From the NCBI GenBank assembly GCA_964472395.1, contig CAYYMM010000002.1, forward strand, positions 48,150-112,149: DNA of 64,000 bases, given 5' to 3'. The first letter of the stretch is position 1. Each line of letters opens with the position of its first letter. The translations under genes and the position numbers were made by a program. Positions 36,818-46,267 of this stretch are shown piece by piece. Below the pieces are notes generated by a model. The model was not told where the DNA came from, ran no database searches, and saw only the letters and a list, made by a program, of their open reading frames with translations. The DNA comes from an uncultured bacterium (GTDB lineage: Bacteria; CSSED10-310; CALFER01).

Positions 36818-38215
36818 CTATCTCGCAGACGCATCCGCGACAGTCGCGAAAAAATCATACGGCCCGACATCTTCGATCCGCGCCGCCACAAACGTCCCCG
36901 GCGCAATCATCCGATCCAGATGCACCACCGAATCGACCTCCGGAGCCTGTGACTCCATCCGTCCCACCGCTCCACCTTCCCCACACTCATCCACCAGCAC
37001 CACTCGCATCGCTCCCATCAATTCCCCATTCCGCTTCTCCACAATCCCCTGCTGGATCTGCATCAACTCCGCCCGCCGTTCCTCGGCAAGCCCGGATTCA
37101 ATGGTCCGATGCAAATTCCAGGCCGCTGTATCTGGTTCCGGTGAGAAGCAAAAGACGCCGAGATGATCCGCCAACCCGTCCTCGACAAACGCCCGCAACT
37201 CCCGATACGCACGGATCGTTTCCCCCGGGTATCCCGTCATCAGCGTCGTCCGGATCGTGATCCCGGGAACCCGTCTCCGAATCTTCTCGAAAATCCGCCG
37301 AATCTCGACGACGGACCCCGACCGGTGCATCCGCCGCAAAACACTTCGATCCACATGCTGGATGGGCAGATCGAGATACTTGCAGATGGTCCCCAACTCC
37401 GCCACTCGATCCAGAACCCGGTCCGTGACGTGCATCGGATGCAGATACAGCAACCGCACCCAGCCCAGATCGTCCAGTTCCACGAGACGGTCCAGGAGCG
37501 CCGCGAGATCTCCCTGGCCGGCCTGTTCACTCCCGTACATTGCCGTGTCCTGCGAGATCAAGTCGATCTCACGGACCCCCCCCGCAATCAACTCCCGGAC
37601 CTCACCGATGACCGTGTCCACCGGCTTGCTCCGATACGCCCCGCGCAGATACGGGATTCTGCAATACGCGCACCGGTTCGAACAGCCATCGGCAACCTTG
37701 ACATACGCATACGACACGGGTGTCACCGGAAGTCGTCGCAAAATCTGCTCCGAAAACGCCTCAGGAGGTTCCCGGGCCGAGATTTGCCCGGGCAAATTCC
37801 CCATCACGACATCCACGAGCGCTTCGTGATCGAACGGCGAAACAAACCGGTCGGAAGCGCTGTCCAGTTCACTCTCGAGAATCCCGCGATCACGATCCGC
37901 CATGCATCCCGTCACGACGATCCGTTCCAGGCGCCCGAGACGGCGGAAAGATGCCATCTCCCGGATCGTCTCCACGGCCTCATCACGTGCCGCCTGCAGA
38001 AAACCACAGGTGTTGACAATGATGACGTCCGCCTCCGCGGGATCACTCGTAATCCGCAACCCCGCGTCCCGGATGCTCCCGAGCATGGTCTCGGCATCCA
38101 CCGTGTTCTTGGCACATCCCAGTGATACCATCGCCACGACCGGTTTTCTGCGCCGTCTTTTCTCGGTCCCCGATCGAGACCCTTCCGGGGAGGATGTTCC
38201 CCTTCCGTCACGCAT
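36818..38215 (-). CDS. rimO: Ribosomal protein S12 methylthiotransferase RimO
   Basis: SLGCAKNTVD, NTCGF, AYVKVADGCSNRCAYCRIP, RYLDLPIQH-type motif, APEVD TRAM region. Confidence 0.92.
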   Translation of the reverse strand: MRDGRGTSSPEGSRSGTEKRRRRKPVVAMVSLGCAKNTVDAETMLGSIRDAGLRITSDPAEADVIIVNTCGFLQAARDEAVETIREMASFRRLGRLERIVVTGCMADRDRGILESELDSASDRFVSPFDHEALVDVVMGNLPGQISAREPPEAFSEQILRRLPVTPVSYAYVKVADGCSNRCAYCRIPYLRGAYRSKPVDTVIGEVRELIAGGVREIDLISQDTAMYGSEQAGQGDLAALLDRLVELDDLGWVRLLYLHPMHVTDRVLDRVAELGTICKYLDLPIQHVDRSVLRRMHRSGSVVEIRRIFEKIRRRVPGITIRTTLMTGYPGETIRAYRELRAFVEDGLADHLGVFCFSPEPDTAAWNLHRTIESGLAEERRAELMQIQQGIVEKRNGELMGAMRVVLVDECGEGGAVGRMESQAPEVDSVVHLDRMIAPGTFVAARIEDVGPYDFFATVADASAR

Positions 38216-38789
38216 GGATCTGCCCGATGATGTCCCGATGAGCCCAAATGTAATCCACCATCGAATACAACGTCACGATGACCACCAGCAGCATCGTCCA
38301 CCACGATACCTCCGCCAGCGGAAACGCAGGCATCAAATCCGTGATGAGCCGTCCCAGGAGAATGACAAAGATCGCAATCGCTTGCGAAACGGCCTTGATC
38401 TTTCCCGATTTTCTCGCGGAAAGCACAATGTTTTCACCCCTCACCACGAGCCTGAGAAACGAAATCGCCGTCTCCCGGTAAAACAGAAGCACCACCATCC
38501 AGGCCGGAGCGAGTTGCATCCACCAGAAACAGAAAAAGAACGTAAATCGGTACACATAATCCGCGAACGGGTCGAACAGCTTCCCGAAATCCGTGACCTG
38601 ACCCCGGTCCCGCGCCAGTTTTCCATCTAGCGCATCGCTGATCTCCGAGAATGTTGCCACCATGACAAGAAACCCGTTGACAGCCCATTGCCAGCTCAGC
38701 CCGGGATGCGACAGATCGAACCACGTCACCAGAAAAATCAGCGGCGACATGCACAATCTCACGAAGGTCAATCGATTGGATAACGTCAT
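38208..38789 (-). CDS. pgsA: CDP-diacylglycerol--glycerol-3-phosphate 3-phosphatidyltransferase
   Basis: N.LT..R, SDALDGKLAR...T.FGKLFDP.AD, GKIK motifs. ATGA overlap with the upstream gene. rimO-pgsA linkage is common. Confidence 0.88.
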   Translation of the reverse strand: MTLSNRLTFVRLCMSPLIFLVTWFDLSHPGLSWQWAVNGFLVMVATFSEISDALDGKLARDRGQVTDFGKLFDPFADYVYRFTFFFCFWWMQLAPAWMVVLLFYRETAISFLRLVVRGENIVLSARKSGKIKAVSQAIAIFVILLGRLITDLMPAFPLAEVSWWTMLLVVIVTLYSMVDYIWAHRDIIGQIHA

Positions 38790-40126
38790 TTCCGTATCTC
38801 CGGGTTTCGACTCAACAACCCCCGTTTCAAGCGCCACAGCAAAGAATACACCGAAAACAGGGCATCGAGAAAGCGGGTGCGGCGATTCATGTAAAAAGTC
38901 TTCTTCAATCCCTCCATCGAATCCGGCAACAGATCCCAGTCGCGATCGATCACACCCTCACCGACGGCAATTTCCCACAGCGGCGTATGCGGCTCGATCC
39001 GCGCATCTCCGAAGATGATCCCCCCCGCCTTCGACCCGAGCCTGCGCTTCGTTCGGATCGCAAATCGGATCATCCGCAGAAACGATTCCAGTGTCTGCCC
39101 GGGAGGATTCCAGAAGAAGTTGAACGCGACCCGGACTCCGTCCAGTCCGGCCGCGCTGTCGACCACACGATCGATATCCGCCGTACCGATCGATTTCCCC
39201 AGCCGTTCGAGGACCCGGTCATCGTACGCATCGGGCGAAAACGAGAATTCGGGACATCCCGTATCCCTGCAGAGCATCATGAACTCCCGATCCATGCCTC
39301 TTTCGGTAAACCATCCCCTCCATCGAACGGACACTCCGCCAGCCTTCATCGCCTCCAGTATCTCGATGGACCGCTCCCGTGGCAGGTTGAACACACCATC
39401 CACGAATGTGATCTCGCGCACCCCCCGCTCGCCCAACACCCGGATCTCGTCGATAACCGACTCCACCGGACGCAACCGGAGACATGCGCCATTCAATTGT
39501 GGATATGTGCAGTAGATGCACCCCAGCGGACATCCCCGCTTCGTCTGGACGCCGACTCCGCCCTGATGCTCGTACGGGAGGGGATCCAGCAGATCATATC
39601 GGGGGATACCGAGACGCCCGATGTCGGGCAACCGGGGCACTCCCGTGAACGCGATCGCGCCTTCGCGCCGGAAATAGACTCCCGGGACCGTTTCAGGTCG
39701 ATCAAGCGCATCCACGAGCACCGGCAGGGTTTCCTCGGCTTCGAGAAACACCCCCAGATCCGCCTCCGGAATCCGCCGCATAACGGCCTCCGGAAACAGC
39801 GAAAAACCCGATCCGCCCAGGAGAATCACCGCATGCGGACACACTTTCTTGACATCCTGGACGAATGCCGTGAGATGCAGAAAGTAATAGAACAGATCCC
39901 GGCGCATCTGCGAATCGATGTTCCGAATCGAAACCCCGATCAGATCCGGCTCGAATTCCTGCAACGCCATAAGAGTTCGGGCATCTGAGTCCCGATTCGG
40001 GTCGAAAAGCCTCATGGTGTGACCAGGAAGGTATGCGGCCAGAGTGGCTATTCCGAGCGGATAGATGAGGGGTTCCGACCGTCCGAGCGGAGCCTGGATC
40101 AGCGCGATTCGCCTGGAACGTGACAA
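38786..40126 (-). CDS. Cobalamin-binding radical SAM protein
   Basis: N-terminal B12-binding domain (YPLG...LAAY, D.IGVSIRNID), RGCPLGCIYC, FVDGVFN. TTG start at 40126 follows the NTPase stop. Confidence 0.85.
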   Translation of the reverse strand: MSRSRRIALIQAPLGRSEPLIYPLGIATLAAYLPGHTMRLFDPNRDSDARTLMALQEFEPDLIGVSIRNIDSQMRRDLFYYFLHLTAFVQDVKKVCPHAVILLGGSGFSLFPEAVMRRIPEADLGVFLEAEETLPVLVDALDRPETVPGVYFRREGAIAFTGVPRLPDIGRLGIPRYDLLDPLPYEHQGGVGVQTKRGCPLGCIYCTYPQLNGACLRLRPVESVIDEIRVLGERGVREITFVDGVFNLPRERSIEILEAMKAGGVSVRWRGWFTERGMDREFMMLCRDTGCPEFSFSPDAYDDRVLERLGKSIGTADIDRVVDSAAGLDGVRVAFNFFWNPPGQTLESFLRMIRFAIRTKRRLGSKAGGIIFGDARIEPHTPLWEIAVGEGVIDRDWDLLPDSMEGLKKTFYMNRRTRFLDALFSVYSLLWRLKRGLLSRNPEIRK

Positions 40127-40128
40127 GG

Positions 40129-40689
40129 TCAGCGCTTCGCCTTCCTGACCGGGCGAGGGGGAGACATCCGGTTGAAAAGCTCCAGAATTTTCGCCGGAAG
40201 TTCGCTCCGATTCTGAGCCGTCACCGTGATCACGACACAATCCGGACGGTTCATGATCGTCGTGATGAACGGACTGGCAAAATTCTGAATAACGCCCAGC
40301 ACCGGCTTCACAGAATCCAGACAACGCGTCGCCATATCCCGGAATTCGGCGCTGTAGCATTCCATCTTGCCGATCTGATCGATGACGATCAGGTCCTTCT
40401 TGTCGAGCGCGTCCCGAAGGGCGGGAACGGCGACATCGGACATGACTTCGAGATCCACCCCGTATTTGGATACCTGATAGGTACTTTTTTTGTTGATATG
40501 CGCCAGCACGGCCTGCTGACCGGTCAACGTCATCAACTCGACTCCCTTGTTCGTCTTTCCGGATTTGATCTCATGAGTCAGAAATCCGCCGGCCTGGAGC
40601 CACAGATCGCCCAGAATCACTTTGAGTATTTCCGTCTTTCCGATGCCGGGATCACCCGTCAGTAGAAAATTCTTGAATTTGGCCGTCAT
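40129..40689 (-). CDS. THEP1/NTPCR-like nucleoside triphosphatase
   Basis: LLTGDPGIGKT, GGFLTHE, KYGVDL, IDQIGKME. GGAGGAG RBS. Confidence 0.88.
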   Translation of the reverse strand: MTAKFKNFLLTGDPGIGKTEILKVILGDLWLQAGGFLTHEIKSGKTNKGVELMTLTGQQAVLAHINKKSTYQVSKYGVDLEVMSDVAVPALRDALDKKDLIVIDQIGKMECYSAEFRDMATRCLDSVKPVLGVIQNFASPFITTIMNRPDCVVITVTAQNRSELPAKILELFNRMSPPRPVRKAKR

Positions 40690-40782
40690 GCCGCCGCACT
40701 CCTCCCCGACGAATCCAACACGCCGGGCCAAAAGTACTACCTGTAATCGCCCCCGGTGTCAATTGATAGGCAACCGACGGTC

Positions 40783-41679
40783 CTACTCAACCCGAAACCG
40801 TCCCAATGCATGTTCAAGATACGCCCCGACAGTCGCGGGTAACGCGTCAAATCCCATCACCGCAAGAGTCTCGCTAAACGGCCGCCATACGCGGGGATCC
40901 GACTGCCCGAACATCACGACTCCATTCAACCCGAGCAATCCCGCTAGATGCGCCGGCCCGGAATCATTCCCCAGGAATGCCGTCGCACAGGACATCGCTG
41001 CTGCCAGACGATCCAGCGGAAACCCTTCGAGAATCCGGTCGCGGCCGCGGTCCATCACCGACATGACCGAGTCTCGGCTGTCCGCCGGACCGACGATCCA
41101 ATCCACGCCGGGCCACATGCCTGGCGCTGTCTGATCCAATGCCTCCCTCATCCGCCCCGCACCCCATTGCTTTTTCGTTGATCCGGCACCGGCATGCGCC
41201 ACGAGTCGCCCGGGTTCTCCAGCGCTCATCCCGGATCGGACACACAGAAGCGGCGGGGTCACGGACTCCCATTCCGTCTCGGTCGGAGGCGGGACCAATA
41301 TACCGGCAACGTGCCGATAGACCCATTCCCGCGACTCCCCCGGCAGCGGTTCGACAACAACCGCCCTCTCCCCGAAATGATGTCGGGCCATAATCGCCAG
41401 ATCACTCGACAGCCTCGCGAACACGATTGCCTGATCCGACATGCTCCAGACCCCGCGAATCCGCTCCGGAACACTTCTCTGCGACCATTGCCACAGCGGC
41501 AGGGAATCCTCATCGATCGCGTCGATATCCTCGATCATTCGCATGAGAGGGATATACCGCGCAGGGCACTGGACGGTGACCCGGATCCCGGGAAACCGCA
41601 GTTTGAGGAGATGGATGAGGGGGACGATGGCGAGGAAATCGCCGAGAGCGCCACCGCGCCGCAAGAGAATCGATCGCAT
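40783..41679 (-). CDS. Glycosyltransferase family 9 (heptosyltransferase-like)
   Basis: GALGDFL N-terminal motif, H.GAGS..KQW, FLGNDSGPAHLA. Confidence 0.85.
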   Translation of the reverse strand: MRSILLRRGGALGDFLAIVPLIHLLKLRFPGIRVTVQCPARYIPLMRMIEDIDAIDEDSLPLWQWSQRSVPERIRGVWSMSDQAIVFARLSSDLAIMARHHFGERAVVVEPLPGESREWVYRHVAGILVPPPTETEWESVTPPLLCVRSGMSAGEPGRLVAHAGAGSTKKQWGAGRMREALDQTAPGMWPGVDWIVGPADSRDSVMSVMDRGRDRILEGFPLDRLAAAMSCATAFLGNDSGPAHLAGLLGLNGVVMFGQSDPRVWRPFSETLAVMGFDALPATVGAYLEHALGRFRVE

Positions 41680-41697
41680 GCCGTGACGCCGCCGCGA

Positions 41698-43197
41698 TCA
41701 ACCCTCGGGGGCCGGCACGACTTCGATGCCGCTTTCATCCAGCACCGGTGTCGGAGTCGGTTCCGTCGACGGTGTGATGTCGGTCGCCACCGGATCATAC
41801 GGCTGCAGCGTCGGCTCCGGGGATGGGGTCGGGGTCGGAATCCCGTGAATCGTGAACTGCAGCGGCGCGCTCACGGTTCGGTGTGTCGCAGCTTTATGGA
41901 TCACATCGAAGGACAGGGTGTCGATCGCGGCATCCCTTACCCCGAGTGTCTCGACGATATACTCATACACCAGCGTCTCACAGAGGCTTCCGGCAGCACC
42001 CGGCTCGATCGGGGGCAACTCGATCCGGTTCTCTCCGGGACTGTTCTCCATCCATAATTGCCAGTGATAATTGAATTCCCGCTGATACACATGCACGACG
42101 GCAATCGTGCCGTCTCCGGCTATCCACTTCAGACCGGGAAACCGACAGTCCGGCGTTTCGTGCAATTCGAGACCCGTTGCGGGTTTTTTCATGACGAACA
42201 CGTGTTCTTTGGGGATATCGTTCCATTTGAATTGCGCCATCGACAGGGTCTGCGACAGAAGATCCGGGCAGGACAGGGACGCTTCGAGCGCAATGGTATC
42301 GATCCCCTCGACATGATGAATTCTGAGCGTTGCAACGCCTGGGAGGAGCAATTCCGCAAGCCCGATTGTCATTCGTCCGGGAGGACCGGAATCCGCGTAA
42401 GCCGTGATCGTGAACCGAGGTGACGCGCAGAGCTTTGCGGATTTGCCCGTGGTGAGTGCAGTCGTATCAACCGTACACTCGATTTCGCGCACCGCATCCG
42501 CATGAGGCGCATCCAACGCCATGTCGTACGTCGCGTTCCTCACGATGGGCGTATCGAACAGAGGGATGAAACCGACGTGACGCACCTGGTGGTTCGCATC
42601 GAAAGTCAACGCCGAGATCCCGGGACTCGTGACGGGAATCCGCATCCGCACCGGATCGGGCGTCGTCAGGAAAATCTCTCCCTGCGCCGTGATCGGAATG
42701 GTCTTCCCCTCCGAGTCACCCTCGAACAAACGCAGGGCCGCGTCCTCCGGACGGATTCCCGAAACGGCAATCGAAACGGGATGCTGCCGGTAGGGTTTGC
42801 GCAAGGTGAAGGGTAACACGAGATTCGAGGAACGCACGCCCATGACGGTCAGCGTGTCATATGCCTGAGTCTCGGCGCCGCGGACCGTCACGGTCAACGG
42901 GACGGACGATTCCGGAATGGGAAGGTCGAGCGTGCCTTCCTTCGACGTTTCTCCCGAACCCACGGACACAAATGGGATGCCTCGATGCACCTCGACGATC
43001 GCCCCCTTCACCGGTTTCCCCTGAAAGGCATCGACCACCGTAATATGCAGCAAATCCCGGACCGGCTCACCGGATACACCTCCCGGAAAAGGCGTGTAGC
43101 GATCCGTGACCGGCGCAGAGCTCGCGATTTCGTCCGTTTCCGAACATCCCGGCAGAACGGCAAGAGCAAGCACGATCAGCCATCGAAACGAATTCAT
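41698..43197 (-). CDS. Hypothetical lipoprotein with Pro/Thr-rich acidic tail
   Basis: LPG-C lipobox. C-terminal PTPTPSPEPT...PTPTP. Confidence 0.72.
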   Translation of the reverse strand: MNSFRWLIVLALAVLPGCSETDEIASSAPVTDRYTPFPGGVSGEPVRDLLHITVVDAFQGKPVKGAIVEVHRGIPFVSVGSGETSKEGTLDLPIPESSVPLTVTVRGAETQAYDTLTVMGVRSSNLVLPFTLRKPYRQHPVSIAVSGIRPEDAALRLFEGDSEGKTIPITAQGEIFLTTPDPVRMRIPVTSPGISALTFDANHQVRHVGFIPLFDTPIVRNATYDMALDAPHADAVREIECTVDTTALTTGKSAKLCASPRFTITAYADSGPPGRMTIGLAELLLPGVATLRIHHVEGIDTIALEASLSCPDLLSQTLSMAQFKWNDIPKEHVFVMKKPATGLELHETPDCRFPGLKWIAGDGTIAVVHVYQREFNYHWQLWMENSPGENRIELPPIEPGAAGSLCETLVYEYIVETLGVRDAAIDTLSFDVIHKAATHRTVSAPLQFTIHGIPTPTPSPEPTLQPYDPVATDITPSTEPTPTPVLDESGIEVVPAPEG

Positions 43198-43355
43198 TGC
43201 GTGTGGATGCACGGACACCTCCCCCTGAGTCTGTTCGGGATCAAGACAAAATCCACTCTACAGAGGGCGGGCAATGAATTCAATTTGAAAGCGCGGGATC
43301 ATCTCATGTATCGTGAGCTGTGAAACCTGCCTCATCCGATCCGACAGGAGCAGAC

Positions 43356-44891
43356 ATGACATCGTTGCTGCACGAACCCATTAATCGACGCCGGTTCATC
43401 GCCGGAAGTCTGAAAACCGCCGCCGTTCTGACCGCCCTTCAGTCCGGCTGGTCACCGCTGCTCGAAACCGCATCCGCCAGAGAGCTTTTAAACGAGCGTC
43501 TCGAGACGGACCCGGACGATCTGCAGTCGATTCTGAAACGGGCGGCGCGCACCGGCGGAGACGTTTCCGAAATATTTCTCGAACAGACGGTGCGTCGCGA
43601 ATTTCGGATGCTCGACGATCGGCTGACCGACGCGAGATACCGGATCAGCGAGGGTTGCGGGGTGCGCGTGATCGAAGGCCGCTCGATCGGGTATGCGTTT
43701 GCGGACGGATTCGACCGGGCCGATGTCAGGGCCGCCGCGATGCATGCCCGCGGGATCGCCCGGAATCGCGGCCGGAGTCCCTCGGTGCCTCTGGCGAAAA
43801 AACCGACGGTCGGCGGAGGCATCATCCGGTCAATCCGACATCTCGACAGCATCGATGACGCCGCCCGCCTGAACGTCATGCAACGCGCGATCCGGACGGC
43901 TCGCGAATCCAGCAATCTGATCGAGCATATCGAGGTGCAATACTCGGATGAAGTGAGGCGCATCCTGATCGCGGACAACCAGGGTCTGTATCGCACCGAT
44001 ACACAGCCGCTCATCACGGTCCAGGTCAATGTCAGCGCGGCGGACGGATGGCGGAGGCATCAGGGGAATCGGCGGTTGTCGAAGAAATGCGGCTTCGAGT
44101 TATTCGATGATGACGCAGTCGAGCGGATCGCTGCGCAGGCCGCCGAGGAAGCCGTGCAGATGCTGGCGGCAGGCGACCCTCCAGCGGGAGAGATTCCGGT
44201 GATTCTGGCGAGCGGGACCGGCGGAGTCATTTTTCACGAAGCCGTCGGGCATGGTCTCGAAGGCGACAGCATCATCGAAAACGGCTCCTATTACTGCAAC
44301 CGTCTGGGCGATCGCATCGGTTCGCCTCTGCTGACACTCGCCGATGACGGCTCGTTCCAATCGGGACGCGGTTCCGCGCATTTCGACGACGAAGGGTCGC
44401 CGACGAACCGAACGGTTCTGATCGAAAATGGTGTGCTCAAGACCTATCTCACCGACCGGATCTCAGCGTCGGTTCTCGGACTGCCACTCACCGGGAATGC
44501 ACGCCGTGAAAGTTACCGTGAACCGCCGCTGGTGCGGATGACCAACACGCTGCTCGATGCAGGCCGGGACGACCCCTCGACGATTCTCGCGGACACCCCC
44601 GAAGGTCTCTATTGCAAATCCTTCAACGGCGGCATGGTCGATACGGCTTCGGGGCATTTCACGTTCTACGTCCGGGAGGCCTACGAGATCCGGAACGGAC
44701 GGATCTCGCGACCGATCCGCGGAGCCACACTCACAGGCAAAGGCGCGGACCTCCTCATGCGGATCGATCGGGTCGGAACCGATTTCAACACGTTCATCGG
44801 GACCTGCGGAAAAGGTCAGTGGGTGCCGGTATCGTTCGGTCAGCCCACCATCCGCATCTCGCACATTGTCGTCGGCGGAACGCGGATCTAG
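43356..44891 (+). CDS. tldD: TldD-family metalloprotease with twin-arginine signal peptide
   Basis: NRRRFI...ASA leader, HEAVGH, DDEG, GNARR, RMTNT, C-terminal GTCGK.GQ.VPV..GQP. AGGAG RBS before ATG 43356. Confidence 0.9.
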   Translation: MTSLLHEPINRRRFIAGSLKTAAVLTALQSGWSPLLETASARELLNERLETDPDDLQSILKRAARTGGDVSEIFLEQTVRREFRMLDDRLTDARYRISEGCGVRVIEGRSIGYAFADGFDRADVRAAAMHARGIARNRGRSPSVPLAKKPTVGGGIIRSIRHLDSIDDAARLNVMQRAIRTARESSNLIEHIEVQYSDEVRRILIADNQGLYRTDTQPLITVQVNVSAADGWRRHQGNRRLSKKCGFELFDDDAVERIAAQAAEEAVQMLAAGDPPAGEIPVILASGTGGVIFHEAVGHGLEGDSIIENGSYYCNRLGDRIGSPLLTLADDGSFQSGRGSAHFDDEGSPTNRTVLIENGVLKTYLTDRISASVLGLPLTGNARRESYREPPLVRMTNTLLDAGRDDPSTILADTPEGLYCKSFNGGMVDTASGHFTFYVREAYEIRNGRISRPIRGATLTGKGADLLMRIDRVGTDFNTFIGTCGKGQWVPVSFGQPTIRISHIVVGGTRI

Positions 44892-44903
44892 AGGAGCAAT
44901 CGG

Positions 44904-46229
44904 ATGACTTTCGAAAAGCTGGCGCGGAAGATTCTGGACCGGATTACCTCGGCGGGCATGACCGGCGAGTGTTTTCTGGAGGAGTGGAACCGGAGCGTGA
45001 TCACGGGCAAAGGCGGCGAGATCCGTGAAAACCGGACGGCACAGGGGCAGGGACTGGGTATCCGGATCGCACAGGGACAGCGTGCCGCGGGCATGTCCGC
45101 GACGCGTTTCGACGTGGATGCGATCACCCGGTCCGTGGATCGGATCATCCGGCTGGTGCCGCAACTGCCCGAAGATCCGTTCCTGCGATTCGCGGAACCG
45201 GCGCGGCTGCCCGATGCGGGGCCTTTTCATGATCCGGGATTCCGCTTCCCGCTTCCCGAGTCGGCTTCCCGCGATCTGCTCAACAGCCTCGATGCGATCA
45301 ACGGAACGATCGAATCGCCCGCGGAAGTCGCCCTGCAGGAGTCCTGTGAACAAACCGACACCGCGATTCTCAACACGCTGGGATTGGATGTCGCCACACG
45401 TTCGACGTCCTTCACCCGCACGATCGCCATCACACTGGAATCCGGCGGTGAACGCATCCAGGTTGAAGACGAACGAGAAACCGCCTTTCCGGACGATCTG
45501 CCCGCCTTCGGAAAGATCCTGCAGGATCTGCTTCCGATGCTCGATCAAACCATCGGCGGATCGCTTGTCCCGACGGGCGTGTATGCGACAGTGTTCCACC
45601 CCGCCGCTGGCCGCACCTTCCTGCGCTCCGTCCTCGATTGCCTCAGCGGCTGGCTCGTGAACCGCCGACGGACATGGGCGATGGACCGGCTGAACACACC
45701 GATCGCGTCGGAGGGGGTGACGATCGTCGACGATCCGCACGCGCCGAGGTCGTCCCGGTCGAGAATCGTCGATGGTGAGGGGGTGCCGACCGCGACGAAA
45801 CCGATCATATCGCAAGGGGTACTGCGCGGATTTTTCGATACGCTGGGCACGGCCGCCGAAAGCGGACGGGCTCCGGGGAACGCTGTGCGCGGCTACGACG
45901 GAAGCCCCCGCACCGGATGGACCCGCATCACGATGTCCCCGGGAATGGATTCCCCCGATGCGATCATCCGGGACACGGGCGAGGGCCTGTATATCCACAG
46001 ACTGATCGGATTCGGGCTCGATGAAAGCTCCGGGCAGTATTCGATCGGCGCGATGGGGAGACGGATCACGGGAGGCGTACTCGGGGACGCCGTCGCGGGC
46101 ATCACGATCGCCGGCAATCTCGCCGACCTGCTTCAAGACATCGACCGCATCGGCAACGATCTCCCCGCCGGCTACTCACTGCTCTGCCCGACCTTCAGGA
46201 TCAGTCGCGTCAGCGTCGGCGGGAGCTGA
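44904..46229 (+). CDS. pmbA: TldE/PmbA-family protein
   Basis: G.GIR, DGEG, I.QGVL..F, GNA, G.YS...G, I..GNL. No HExxxH. Confidence 0.85.
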   Translation: MTFEKLARKILDRITSAGMTGECFLEEWNRSVITGKGGEIRENRTAQGQGLGIRIAQGQRAAGMSATRFDVDAITRSVDRIIRLVPQLPEDPFLRFAEPARLPDAGPFHDPGFRFPLPESASRDLLNSLDAINGTIESPAEVALQESCEQTDTAILNTLGLDVATRSTSFTRTIAITLESGGERIQVEDERETAFPDDLPAFGKILQDLLPMLDQTIGGSLVPTGVYATVFHPAAGRTFLRSVLDCLSGWLVNRRRTWAMDRLNTPIASEGVTIVDDPHAPRSSRSRIVDGEGVPTATKPIISQGVLRGFFDTLGTAAESGRAPGNAVRGYDGSPRTGWTRITMSPGMDSPDAIIRDTGEGLYIHRLIGFGLDESSGQYSIGAMGRRITGGVLGDAVAGITIAGNLADLLQDIDRIGNDLPAGYSLLCPTFRISRVSVGGS

Positions 46230-46267
46230 TCCCCTCACAGGGAAAAAAAGCCAGCCGCAGCGGGATT

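Noticed and set aside
37163-38125. 320-aa plus-strand ORF; similar long antisense ORFs at 38987-39988, 44463-46136, 50236-51210, 23166-24191 and 34543-35532
   Set aside because: Each lies opposite a gene with clear family motifs and has no recognisable domain.
46230-46267. Terminator between convergent pmbA and degQ
   Set aside because: An A7 tract is present but the adjacent stems are only 3-4 bp.
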